Assembly (NCBI GenBank): GCA_015066385.1
Contig: SVOJ01000007.1
Span: 17,448-81,447, forward strand
From: Oscillospiraceae bacterium
Lineage (GTDB): Bacteria; Bacillota; Clostridia; Oscillospirales; Acutalibacteraceae
DNA length: 64,000 nt
Reading direction: 5' to 3'
A program made the translations under genes and the position numbers. The notes below the pieces were generated by a model. The model saw only the letters and a list, made by a program, of their open reading frames with translations, made no database searches and was not told the origin of the DNA. This document shows positions 8,996 through 19,600 of the stretch, in pieces. Positions within the stretch are counted from its first letter, which is position 1. Each line of letters starts with the position of its first letter.

Positions 8996-10237
8996 TTAAG
9001 CAGTTTTACTGTTGAAATAATTCACCGATTCGCCTTCGGTTACTTTTACGCGCAAGGAACCGTCTTGCTGATAAGTATAATCACATTCCGCAACGGTCTT
9101 GTTGCCGGCATAATATTTGTTGCCTGCAAGGCGGCGCGATGCATCAAAAAAGGCATAAAGAGTTGTGTTCTGTGTGAAACTGCCGTCTGTGTGCAGATAA
9201 GGTCTGTTGAAATAAACAACCGTAAAAGAACCGTCCGCATTCAATTCACATACGGAACCCTGCCCGAATGCCTGCCCGACAACCACGGGAGCAGAGCCGA
9301 AATAATCCCCGCCGTCTGCACTGACGGTTTCCGAATGCCTGCCGAATCGGTCATATTGCAGGGTGCAGACGGGAATGCCGTATTCATTATAATTATATTT
9401 CACACTGCCGTCGGCAGAGAATGATGCCTGATATTCGCAAAGGGTTGTGCCGTTTTTGCTGTAAACGGCGGCGGTTGTGTCGAACGTGGCATTCACAACA
9501 ACATACAGGTCAAGTCCCGCATAGAAGGTGCCGTCCGAAAGGCGGTGCGTGCGGTCAGGGAAGTGCAGGGTGTAACTGCCGTCCGCGCCGACGGAAACCA
9601 CGGTGGCATTGCCGAATGCACCGCAGTTGATCCATGTGCCGACCACAATGCCGTAATCGGATGTGAACAACTGTGCGCCGTCAAAGGCAACACTGCGCAC
9701 ATGCCGCATTCTGCCGTTTTCCTGCCATACGCTCACAAAACCGCCGTCCGTACCGTAACGTGCCGTGATTTTTGCGAAGCGATTGTCCGAAAAATCCGTG
9801 TATTCTTTAAAAATTTCTTTGCCGTTTTCATAAGCGGTTTCTATTTTTTTGCAAGCCGCAACCGCACCGTTTGCGAGGGTGTAACCGTAACCCCTGTCGG
9901 CGGTCGCCTGCGAAATGACGGATGCAAGTGCACCGTTTTCATAGTGGAAGTCGGAACGGAACAGAACCGTACCCGTGACGGTGTCATATGTGAATTCCAC
10001 CGCCTTATTGCCGTCTTCATAATTGAATGCGGCATAATAGCAACTGCCGTCGGGGCTGTAAGATGTGACCATTGCACCGCCCGGAACATAAGAGCCGACG
10101 GCGGCATAAGGGGTGGCATTATAGGCGGCAACCGCGGTTTCCGATTGTACCTGAACAGACGGTTGCTGAACATCCTTTTGGCAGGCACAAAGCAGGATAA
10201 GGCACAAAAAAAGCATTGCAAGTATGCACTGTTTCAT
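8996..10237 (-). CDS. Hypothetical lipoprotein
   Basis: I chose the start at MKQCILAMLFLCLILLCAC (signal peptide plus lipobox). The mature part is rich in recurring DGS/DGT-x-Y beta-like segments. Confidence 0.6.
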   Translation of the reverse strand: MKQCILAMLFLCLILLCACQKDVQQPSVQVQSETAVAAYNATPYAAVGSYVPGGAMVTSYSPDGSCYYAAFNYEDGNKAVEFTYDTVTGTVLFRSDFHYENGALASVISQATADRGYGYTLANGAVAACKKIETAYENGKEIFKEYTDFSDNRFAKITARYGTDGGFVSVWQENGRMRHVRSVAFDGAQLFTSDYGIVVGTWINCGAFGNATVVSVGADGSYTLHFPDRTHRLSDGTFYAGLDLYVVVNATFDTTAAVYSKNGTTLCEYQASFSADGSVKYNYNEYGIPVCTLQYDRFGRHSETVSADGGDYFGSAPVVVGQAFGQGSVCELNADGSFTVVYFNRPYLHTDGSFTQNTTLYAFFDASRRLAGNKYYAGNKTVAECDYTYQQDGSLRVKVTEGESVNYFNSKTA

Positions 10238-10451
10238 CGGTTTTATCCCTGCTTTCTTTTGTAAAATATAATACAATATAACACAAATGCAGTAAAAAAT
10301 CAAGACGGGTAAAAAACAAATAAGACAGGCGAATGATGCAAAAAAGAGAAATATTGTTTGTCAAATTATTTAAAATTTTTGTTTTTTATCTTGCATTTTT
10401 TATTTATTTTGTTTATTATGTAGATATGCTATACAAAAGGGAGGGTTTTTT

Positions 10452-11591
10452 TTGGAAGGTGAAAACAAACGTATCTCCGAAGGAAAGTTGTTGTATGATC
10501 CGCTGTTTGATAAAAAACCGGATGTAAAAATCAGTGATGATCCCACAAAAGGCTTTTTCGGAAAGGCAATCATCAAAAAAGCGGCATTCGTGGTTATGTT
10601 GCTCATTTTTGTGTTTATTTCCATGTTTTTCAGTTTTAATTCCATTGCCAAAGATCTGTTTGCTTTTAAGGATAACGGCGACGGAACATTCATGCTCGAC
10701 GAATACCACGGCGGCAACCGCAATGTTCTGACGATTGACTATGTCAGAAGTGAAGAGAATATTCCCGATGCAACAAAACCCGTCACTTCGGTGCGCCGTT
10801 TTGCCGTGTGCTGTGACGAGTCGGTCAATTTCATTTTTATCGGCAAAGATGTGACGGAAATCGACTCCAAATCCTTTTACACCTGCAAAAATCTGTATGC
10901 GGTGATCGTAGATGCGGAAAATGAGAACTTTATTTCTTCGGACGGAGTGCTTTACAAATGTGTTGACGGCATGCCGACGGAATTGGTGCTGTATCCCATT
11001 GACAACGGCGAATACCGCACCGCATTGGCAATGGGTGTAAAAACACCTGCTTCTGCGGAAGATGTTCCCGCATTTCTTGCGGAAATCAAGCCGCTGATTG
11101 AAGCAGAAAAAAACGCCCAACCGGACGAAGACGGCAAAATGACCAAAAATGAATTTGATCTGCGTTTTGATGAAATCGGCACAAAATATGCAATTGCCGA
11201 AACGGTAACGGCGGTCGGAGAACTCGGCTTTGCCTATGCCGACAGATTACAGCAGATCAGTATTCCCGAAAAATTACAGCAAATCGGCAATCTTGGTTTC
11301 TTCAAGTGCCATCAGCTGCAGGCAATTTACCTGCCTGACGGACTTGTTTCCATCGGTTCGGATGCATTCACGGAATGCAGAGGACTGACCGATCTGTTCA
11401 TTCCCGCATCTGTTGAAACCATCGGTCACCATGCGTTCCACAAATGCGACAATGTTCCCGTTGTTCGTATGGCTGTTTCCGAAGAAGAAGCAAAGGAAAT
11501 GGAACTCGGACAGAATTGGTTGCCGCAGCAAAGAAAAGTATTGATGAAAGACATCGGTGTTGCCTATAATGACGCAAGGGAGGTGCATTAA
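10452..11591 (+). CDS. Membrane-anchored BspA-type leucine-rich repeat protein
   Basis: TTG start after AAGGGAGGG. One TM helix (AAFVVMLLIFVFISMFFSF). The C-terminal repeats IPEKLQQIGNLGFFKC, LPDGLVSIGSDAFTEC and IPASVETIGHHAFHKC are typical of LRR_5. Confidence 0.7.
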   Translation: MEGENKRISEGKLLYDPLFDKKPDVKISDDPTKGFFGKAIIKKAAFVVMLLIFVFISMFFSFNSIAKDLFAFKDNGDGTFMLDEYHGGNRNVLTIDYVRSEENIPDATKPVTSVRRFAVCCDESVNFIFIGKDVTEIDSKSFYTCKNLYAVIVDAENENFISSDGVLYKCVDGMPTELVLYPIDNGEYRTALAMGVKTPASAEDVPAFLAEIKPLIEAEKNAQPDEDGKMTKNEFDLRFDEIGTKYAIAETVTAVGELGFAYADRLQQISIPEKLQQIGNLGFFKCHQLQAIYLPDGLVSIGSDAFTECRGLTDLFIPASVETIGHHAFHKCDNVPVVRMAVSEEEAKEMELGQNWLPQQRKVLMKDIGVAYNDAREVH

Positions 11592-11592
11592 G

Positions 11593-13422
11593 ATGGCAGG
11601 AAAAGCAAAAGCATTTCTGACGGATATACGTCTTCACTGGAAAGAAGCAGACAGAAGCAAAGGCAGATATGTTTCGTTCCGTGAATATCTTGACATCTTC
11701 ATGGGTGTTACCTTCAATTACGGCGCACAGGCACCTTTGGGTTACATCGGATTCAGCGCAGGTTGTTACCTGATTATGTACCACTATGACCTGCCGTATC
11801 TTGCATTCTCCGTCATTTCACTCATCGGCATTCCGCTGAGTTATCTGTGGAATATCTTGGGCTGGCTTGTTTCCGACAATCTCGGTTTTATGCCAAAAAA
11901 GATGGAACGTACGGTTTATTCCATTTATTTGTCCGCTTTTGCATTGGCATTGTTCTTGTTGATTTTTGATGTGTCTTCGTTCCTGCCTGCGGACAGTCGC
12001 CTCATCCTCTTTCTCAACAGTCTTTCGGGCATCAATGCAAAGAGTTTCTTCAAAATTTTCGGCGTACAGCTTCTTTGCAGCGGCTTCGGCGGCGCAAGAG
12101 GTATTTTCTGGCGCAAACTGCTTGTTCCCAAGTTCGGCAGATACAAATATATTCTTTATTCCGATGTGGTGCAGAAGTGCATTATGATTATCCTCATCGG
12201 CTGGCTTCCCGTTTATAATGTGCCGGATGTCAATGACCGTCTGTGGATGGCATATCTGCTGTTCAGCCTGTACGGTTTGTATGATTTCGGCAACCGTATG
12301 GAAAGTTGTACGCAGGTTATCAGTCCCAATCCCGAAGAACGAATGATCGTGCGTGCTTACCCTGTCAAGATCGCGCATCTGCTCAATTCCGTGTTTGCGG
12401 CGGTCATTCCCGTGCTCGGCGCATTTGATGACATCAATTTCTTCCGTTGGGTCATCCCCGGTGTGTTCATTCCCTGTGCTCTTATTACACTGTATTTTGC
12501 AAAGAATGTCAAAGAGAGAATTCCGCAACCGCCCATTGAAAAGAAACAGCAGGTTTCGTTCTGGTACGGCATTTTCAGTGTGCTTCGTAACAAATATCAC
12601 CGACTCAACACCATTTCGGGCCTTATCGACTCTCTCGGTAACGGTATGATTGCGCTCAATACCGTTATTTTCCTTTACACACTGCGCCTGAGCGGGCTGG
12701 AATACAGCCTTGTGGCAAGTCTGCTGTGGGCATTCAGAGGAACCATTCCTGCCTTGCTTTCGCCCATTGTTCTTAAGCATTTCTCGTTCCGTCAGATGGC
12801 AATTTACAAGCAGATCGTGGAAGTTGTCAGCACGCTGATGAGCATTCTTGCGCTGACATATCTCGGGGACAATATCATCCTGTGCGGTTGGGTGCTGTTT
12901 GCATCGTTGTGGATCAGAGGCTTCATCATCGAACCTGCCAATTTCGCAAAGAGCGACATGAGCATCCGTCTGAACGACTATCAGATGTATCTGTCGGGCG
13001 AACGTATGGAGAGTTTTACGGGTGTATACGGTTGGTTCACAAGCCCTGTTACCACACTTGTCGGTCTGATTATCCCCGTTCTGCTTCTGCACAACGGCTT
13101 CAACAGCAACTGGGACGTTTTGTTCCTGGACGATGCAAGATTTGATATTCTTGTCATCCCGCTTTTGTTTGACCTTGTCGGCCATGCGCTGATGATCATT
13201 CCCTATATTTTCTGGGACTACAACACACCGCAGTATCTGTATGCCATGAAAGTTCTGCAACAGCGTGCACAGCTTGCGGAAGAAGGCTACACACCTGCCA
13301 ATTATGAAGGCGGTCTGGATTTTGAAGCAGGCGATGATGTCAAGAACGGTCTTCCCGCACACATCCGTCATCTGAAGTTTGAAAAACCGCCTAAAAAGGA
13401 AAAACAAAAAGTTGCAAAGTAA
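11593..13422 (+). CDS. Divergent GPH/MFS_2-like polytopic membrane protein
   Basis: Start MAGKAKAF is preceded by GGGAGG. It shares SPNPEER and DYQMYLSGERMES motifs and an N-terminal segment with the 743-aa protein at 1848-4079. Confidence 0.6.
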   Translation: MAGKAKAFLTDIRLHWKEADRSKGRYVSFREYLDIFMGVTFNYGAQAPLGYIGFSAGCYLIMYHYDLPYLAFSVISLIGIPLSYLWNILGWLVSDNLGFMPKKMERTVYSIYLSAFALALFLLIFDVSSFLPADSRLILFLNSLSGINAKSFFKIFGVQLLCSGFGGARGIFWRKLLVPKFGRYKYILYSDVVQKCIMIILIGWLPVYNVPDVNDRLWMAYLLFSLYGLYDFGNRMESCTQVISPNPEERMIVRAYPVKIAHLLNSVFAAVIPVLGAFDDINFFRWVIPGVFIPCALITLYFAKNVKERIPQPPIEKKQQVSFWYGIFSVLRNKYHRLNTISGLIDSLGNGMIALNTVIFLYTLRLSGLEYSLVASLLWAFRGTIPALLSPIVLKHFSFRQMAIYKQIVEVVSTLMSILALTYLGDNIILCGWVLFASLWIRGFIIEPANFAKSDMSIRLNDYQMYLSGERMESFTGVYGWFTSPVTTLVGLIIPVLLLHNGFNSNWDVLFLDDARFDILVIPLLFDLVGHALMIIPYIFWDYNTPQYLYAMKVLQQRAQLAEEGYTPANYEGGLDFEAGDDVKNGLPAHIRHLKFEKPPKKEKQKVAK

Positions 13423-13430
13423 ATAAATTA

Positions 13431-13470
13431 AAAAGCAGTTCCGTTTCGTTGCGGAGCTGCTTTTTCTTTT
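13431..13470 (+). terminator. Rho-independent terminator
   Basis: GCAGTTCCG ... CGGAGCTGC stem followed by TTTTTCTTTT. Confidence 0.65.
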
Positions 13471-13474
13471 AGCT

Positions 13475-13742
13475 GTAAATTACGGTTTGGTGGGGAGTAG
13501 CCAATCACGGGGACGAGTACCCTGATTGACTCTATGATATATCCAAAACAGTCAATCTGGGTTCCGTCCCCTGATTGGCGGCGATGTTTTTGGATATTTA
13601 TTTGTATTATTTTGTTTAAATTTGTGTGTGGTCGTAAATCAGGGGACAGTACTGCGATTGACATTTTGGAAAAATGATTATGTCAATCACAGTAGCCGTC
13701 CCCATGATTGACTCCCCAACTCCCCGCTAAACCGTAATTTGC
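13475..13742. mobile_element. Foldback MITE-like element, copy 1 (~268 bp, non-coding)
   Basis: Its termini GTAAATTACGGTTTGGTGGGGAGTAG (13475-13500) and CTCCCCGCTAAACCGTAATTTGC (13720-13742) are inverted repeats. The ~95-nt arms are imperfectly complementary around an AT-rich centre. Confidence 0.6.
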
Positions 13743-13800
13743 ATTTCCCTTAATCAAAAAATGCAACAACTTTCCGTGAAGAACCAAAAAAAGTCTTATT

Positions 13801-14289
13801 TCAGTTTGTCGGTGTATGATCAACCTGCAATTCCATATAGCGTTTTCGTTCCGTGTAACCGAGTTTTTCATAAAAGGGAAGCGCCGAATCGGGTACATTC
13901 CACACGTTCAGTGTCACACAGTCGCAGTTGCTTCGTGTTGCTTCTTCCTGTGCTTTTTGCATCAGCAAGGTTGCCGTGCCTTGTCCTCTGCAAACGGGGT
14001 CCACAAACAGATCATCCACATACAACTCTTTTCTGTCCTGCAACAAAAGGTGATCTTTCACCGTCTGCAGAATGCAGAAAACATAGCCGCAAACACCCGC
14101 ATCTTCGGCTACAAAAATACGGTATGTTTCATCTGCAAGCAAGGCTTGCAGTTCGGTGGTGGTGTATTTTGCCGCCCCTGTTTTGAAAATATCGGGCCGC
14201 GCCTGCCCATGAAAAGCAGCAATAGAAAGAAGCATTCTGTGTAAATCGGGAATATCGTCGTTGTGTGCGGCACGGATACGGACAGCCAT
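13801..14289 (-). CDS. GNAT family N-acetyltransferase
   Basis: 162 aa with an acetyl-CoA-binding type segment VDPVCRGQGTATLLMQKA. Confidence 0.75.
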   Translation of the reverse strand: MAVRIRAAHNDDIPDLHRMLLSIAAFHGQARPDIFKTGAAKYTTTELQALLADETYRIFVAEDAGVCGYVFCILQTVKDHLLLQDRKELYVDDLFVDPVCRGQGTATLLMQKAQEEATRSNCDCVTLNVWNVPDSALPFYEKLGYTERKRYMELQVDHTPTN

Positions 14290-14367
14290 GGTAAAACTCC
14301 TGTTTTTTTTGACTTATTATACATCTTTCCTGCCGTTTGCGCAAGCCTTGTTGGCAGAAATTCGGAA

Positions 14368-14396
14368 TTGACATTCTGCGATATTCGTTATATAAT
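14368..14396 (+). promoter_or_regulatory. Sigma-A-type promoter
   Basis: TTGACA (14368-14373), a 17-nt spacer, then TATAAT (14391-14396). Confidence 0.55.
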
Positions 14397-14465
14397 TAAA
14401 ATATATTATTATGCGCAATTATCATTATTTTTTTTGGCAGTGAATGGCAGAAAGGAGGCTTCGCA

Positions 14466-16646
14466 GTGAAACGGTTTTTGAAAATACTCCCCATCCTGAC
14501 AGTAATTATTTTGTTCGGTTCCGGATTTTTGTTTTCCGGTGCGCAGGCCAGTGACTGCGAGCACAGTTGGAGCGAATGGTCCGGACGGGACGGTCAGCAC
14601 CGCAGGGAATGTCAACTCTGCGGCAGCGTTGTTACCGGCGAATGTGAATATTACAGCATCATTTTAAGACCGACCTGTACCGTGGGCGGACACACCGAAA
14701 AGACCTGTACATTGTGCGGTGATACGATTTTTACGGATGAAACCCCTGCAGCGGGTCACACATGGGACGAGGGAACGCAGATTCTCGCACCGACCTGTGT
14801 TGCAGATGGCAAATTGCTGTATTCCTGCCTTGCCTGCGATGTAACCGGGGAGGAAGCGATTGCCGCAACGGGTGAACATACCGTTGTCAACGATCCTGCC
14901 GTTGAATCTACCTGTTCTGCAACGGGACTGACCGAAGGCGCACATTGCGGTGTCTGCGGTGAAGTTTTTATAGAACAGAAATTGGTTACCAAAAAAGCCC
15001 ATGAATGGGATCTTGAAAATATTACCGTGGTGATTGCCCCGACCTGCCAGCCCGGGCTTGAAGAAACCGGATGCAAAAACTGTGATGCCGTCGGACAGCG
15101 CACGCTTCCCGCCACGCAGGAGCATATACGCTTCGTGCAGACGATTGAAAAACGTGCCACTTGTACCGAGGACGGATGTACGCAGCATGTTATCTGTTCG
15201 GTTTGTGAAACGGTTCTGTTTCAGGGAGAAGTCATTCCCGCTGCGGGACATGAATGGAAAGAAAACATCCACAAACAGCCGACCTGCACAACAGACGGTC
15301 TGGTTGACCGCTATTGTGAAAAATGCGGCTCGAATGATATCGGACTTGTGATTCCCGCCATGGGTCACACCGTTGCAACAAATCCCGCCAAAGCCGCCAC
15401 CTGCACGCAGGGCGGTTATACGGCATCCGTAACCTGCTCCGTTTGCTTGTTTGTTTTTGCCGAATCGGTTACAACCCCGGCACTCGGTCACGATTATGAA
15501 GAAGCAGGTGTGCGTGAGCCGACCTGCACGTCAGACGGCAGAAAAACCTTTGAATGCAGTCGTTGTACAGCAAGTTATTACGATAAGATCGACAGACTCG
15601 GCCATGATATGTATATTTTTTCCACAACGGATCCTACCTGCACGGTCAGAGGTTTGATTCTGCAGAAATGCAGACGTTGTTCCCACACCCTTTCACAGAG
15701 TATTCCCGAGCTCGGCCACGAAGAACAGTACAATACCGTTGCGCCGACCTGTACCGAAGGCGGATACACGGAAATCACCTGTTCACGTTGCGATTATGCG
15801 GGTGTGATCAATGAAACGCAGGCAACGGGACACAGCGGGGAAGTGTATGAAACCGTTGCGCCCACCTGTACCGAGGGCGGGTATGAAAAACTGCGTTGCA
15901 CGGCCTGCGGGTTTGAATATGAAGACAATGCCGTATCTGCAAAGGGCCACACCTATACGCCGGGACTTGTTGTTGCCCCCACTTGTACCGAAGACGGATA
16001 CACTGTTTACAATTGCCTGTACTGTGATGACAGCAAAACCGAAAATCCCATTGCCGCAACCGGTCACAGTTTGTATGCATCCGAAAGCAACGGCGACGGC
16101 ACACACAGCGGTTATTGCAGCAAGTGTGCGCAGGCCGTGAAGGAGCCTTGCTCGGGCGGTGTTCTTTCCTGTCTGCAGGCGGCAGTATGTGCACACTGCG
16201 GCGGGAACTACGGTACGGTTACGGGGGAACACAGTTTTACAAAATACACTGTCGTAAATGACTCGTACCACCGTATTGACTGTGCCAACTGTCAGGCACA
16301 AGGCGAAACCACCGAAAAGCACAGTTTTGTCAGAGGGGAATTTGTTCCCGTTGCCCGCGGTTTTTTGTATACCTGCCGCATCTGTGCGCATCAGGTATGG
16401 GGCAGACCCATCGGGGATGCGGAAGGCAACGGCACAACAGGCGATGCGGGCGATGCAAGAGCTGCCCTGCGTTACAGTGTTGGTCTGGACAATCCGACCG
16501 ATGCCGACAAAGCCGCCGCCGATGCAGATCGGGACGGGGAAGTCACAGCCGCCGATGCAAGACTGATTCTGCGTGTGAGTGTCGGTCTTGAAGAAAAAAA
16601 CTGGAGCGTTTTATTTGTAAATGAAGACGGCAGTTTGCCGAATTGA
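14466..16646 (+). CDS. Secreted His/Cys-rich tandem-repeat protein with C-terminal dockerin
   Basis: GTG start after GAAAGGAGG, followed by a signal peptide. There are about a dozen ~40-aa modules of the form GH-x-PTC(T)-x-x-G-x-C-x-x-C. The C-terminal DADRDGEVTAADARLILRVSVGLEE is a dockerin repeat. Confidence 0.75.
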   Translation: MKRFLKILPILTVIILFGSGFLFSGAQASDCEHSWSEWSGRDGQHRRECQLCGSVVTGECEYYSIILRPTCTVGGHTEKTCTLCGDTIFTDETPAAGHTWDEGTQILAPTCVADGKLLYSCLACDVTGEEAIAATGEHTVVNDPAVESTCSATGLTEGAHCGVCGEVFIEQKLVTKKAHEWDLENITVVIAPTCQPGLEETGCKNCDAVGQRTLPATQEHIRFVQTIEKRATCTEDGCTQHVICSVCETVLFQGEVIPAAGHEWKENIHKQPTCTTDGLVDRYCEKCGSNDIGLVIPAMGHTVATNPAKAATCTQGGYTASVTCSVCLFVFAESVTTPALGHDYEEAGVREPTCTSDGRKTFECSRCTASYYDKIDRLGHDMYIFSTTDPTCTVRGLILQKCRRCSHTLSQSIPELGHEEQYNTVAPTCTEGGYTEITCSRCDYAGVINETQATGHSGEVYETVAPTCTEGGYEKLRCTACGFEYEDNAVSAKGHTYTPGLVVAPTCTEDGYTVYNCLYCDDSKTENPIAATGHSLYASESNGDGTHSGYCSKCAQAVKEPCSGGVLSCLQAAVCAHCGGNYGTVTGEHSFTKYTVVNDSYHRIDCANCQAQGETTEKHSFVRGEFVPVARGFLYTCRICAHQVWGRPIGDAEGNGTTGDAGDARAALRYSVGLDNPTDADKAAADADRDGEVTAADARLILRVSVGLEEKNWSVLFVNEDGSLPN

Positions 16647-16665
16647 AAATATTCTGGGGGAAACT

Positions 16666-19600
16666 ATGAGAAAATTGATTAAAAAATCCTTAGCGGTGCT
16701 TTTGGCTGTGCTGTTGATGGTTCCTTCCGTGACAGGACTGTCCGCATTTGCCGACTCGCTTTATGAGCAGACCTATTATATTGTCACATACATACTCGAC
16801 GGAGAGGAATATACCGCGCAAGCCTATCACTACGGCGATACAATTGTGTTTCCCGAACTGACGGTCAACACGGGCTATACCTTCTCGGGTTGGTCGGACA
16901 AGGATGGCACGATTTATGATGAAACTTCGGTCATTCTCGGCGATACGCAATTGTTCGGTTCTCTGACTTTGAATGACTACACGCTGACTTATATCGTCAA
17001 CGGCGAAATTTACAAGACACAAACCGCACATTATAACGATATGCTGGCCTATGTCACCCATCCGGTTGAAACGGGTTACAGTTTTGCGGGTTGGTATGCC
17101 GATGCCGGATGCACCGAAGCAGCTCCCGCTGTGATGCCTGACGGGGATCTTACCGTTTACGGCAAGTATACGCAGAACCACTACACGATCTCCTATTTTG
17201 TGGACGGTGTGGACACGGCACTCAAACAGGAAAACTACGCCTACGGTGATACAATCGAACCGTTGCGCAATTATGATGAAATTGAAGGCATGACTTTCTC
17301 AGGCTGGTATCTCGATTCTGCGCTGACCGAATCCATTCCCGAAACCATGCCTGATAACGATCTGATTTTTTACGGAAAACTGACACCGAACAAATATGTG
17401 CTGACCTATTATCTCAACGGCGGTTATCACACCTCGCAGACCTATGAATATAACCAGCCCATTACCTACCTTGCTTATGTTCCGCAGGAAGGTTTCACGT
17501 TCTCGGATTGGTTGCTGGCAGACGGCGCATACAAGCCTTTGCGCATGCCTGCACACAATGTCACCGTTTACGGCACCGTGACCAAAGTTTCGGCTGCAAA
17601 CGTCAACGGCGGAACGTATGGCAGTGTTACCGTCGGTGACAGCGTGGAAGTGACCGTTTCTCTGGATGCACCGTTCCTGACGGGGCTGACAATTTCCGAT
17701 TTTGTTTTTGATGACGATGTTTTTATGCTCGACAGCATTGAATGGCTGTGCGGCGGCACGCAGGAAATTGATCTGGGTAACCGCGTGGCAAGCGTTGTCT
17801 TTGATGAAAATACGGATCTTGACGGTGATGTGCTGACATTGACCTTTGTTGTGCTCAGCAATGCCGAGGTCGGCGAATATGATATTTCTTTCTCTGCCGC
17901 CGCTACCACCGACATGGGCATCGGTCCGGTCGATGTCAATACGGTCGTAACACCTGCAAAGGTACAGATCATCTGTGCTGCTCATGAATTTGCAGGCGGC
18001 AGAATCGTTGCCAATAAAAACAATACCCATTCGCTGTACTGCGCCAACGGTTGCGGCGTCAGCATCAATCAATCCTGTGACGGCGGTACGGCTACCTGCC
18101 TGCAGAAAGCAGTCTGCTCGGTCTGTGAAGCACAGTACGGACAGAAACTTGCACACAATTATTCCGGTTTGCCCAGAGGCAACGGCGACGGCACCCACTC
18201 TTACCGTTGTGTCAGCGGTTGCGGCGAATACGGAAAAGACAAAATCGGCTGTACCTACGGTGTTGCCCTGAATAACGGCGACAACACTTCGCATAAACTG
18301 TCCTGCACCGTCTGCGGCGAAAGTAAGAATGAAAATTGCTACGGCGGTACGGTAACCTGCCTTACCGTTGCAACGTGTGAGCGCTGCGGTGTCGCATACG
18401 GCGATGTTCTGCCGCATTCCTATACCGGCAATGTCAGAAACAACTACAACGGTACGCATGATTCTCTTTGTGTGAACGGCTGTGATTTGTACGGCGGTCG
18501 TACGGATTGTGAATACGCATGCACCAACAAAACGGCAGGTGTACACACAAAGACCTGTACATTGTGCAACTATACAATTGATGAATACTGTTCCGGCGGC
18601 AAGGCAAGCTGTCTTGCACCTGCAAACTGTGCATTCTGCGAAGCGGCTTACGGCGAACCTGTTGCACATTCTTACACGGGTGAAGCACGCAACAATGAAG
18701 ACGGTACGCATGCTCTGCAGTGTGTCAACGGTTGCGGCGAATACGGAGAAGCGGTTGCCTGCACTCCCGACACCTTTGTTTCCGATGGGGATGCAACCCA
18801 CAGTGCCGCATGTACGGTCTGTGAAGCAGTTCTGCACGGCGATTGCACGGGCGGTACAGCTACCTGTGCCGAATATGCAAAATGCGATGTCTGCAACGGT
18901 GCATACGGCGAATTGCTCAACCACGATTACAGCGGTGTGTTGGCTCCCAACGGGGACGGCACGCACAGCAGGCTTTGTGTCAACGGATGTGATCAGACGG
19001 GTAGTGATGTGCAGACTTGTACGTTCAGTGACTGGGTCGGCGACGGTATTTCCGCACATACCAAAACCTGTTCGGAATGTAAAGATCAGATCTCCGAAAA
19101 CTGCACGGGCGGCACTGCTACCTGTATCGAAAAGGCTGTTTGTGCGGTCTGTGCATCCGAATACGGAGAACTGCTTGCGCACACCTTCCCGCAAGGCGCA
19201 CAAGGACAGGCTGTTTCCAATAGCAACGGCACCCACAAGTGTTTCTGCACTGCCTGTGAACAGGATGTGGTTCTGCCGTGTGATTATTCGTGTATTCCCA
19301 ATCAGAACGGTACGCACATTGCAATCTGCAAATCCTGCAATTATACCGTGACGGATCAGCCCTGTTCCGGCGGAACGGCTACCTGCCTTGCGGCGGCTGT
19401 CTGCGAAGGCTGTCTTGCTTCTTACGGCGACCCGCTGAAACACGATTACAGCGGCTCTGCAAAAGACAACGGCAACGGAACACATTGTCTGCAGTGTGTC
19501 AACGGCTGTGAACAGTTCGGCGGTGAAAAAATCACCTGCAGACCCGATACATTCGTTTCCAACGAAAATGACACCCATTCCGCGCCTTGCCTTGATTGCG

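Noticed and set aside
11818-13407. 529-aa ORF on the minus strand
   Set aside because: It is antisense to the MFS_2-like gene. Its peptide is hydrophilic and low in complexity, whereas the plus strand gives a coherent polytopic membrane protein with family motifs.
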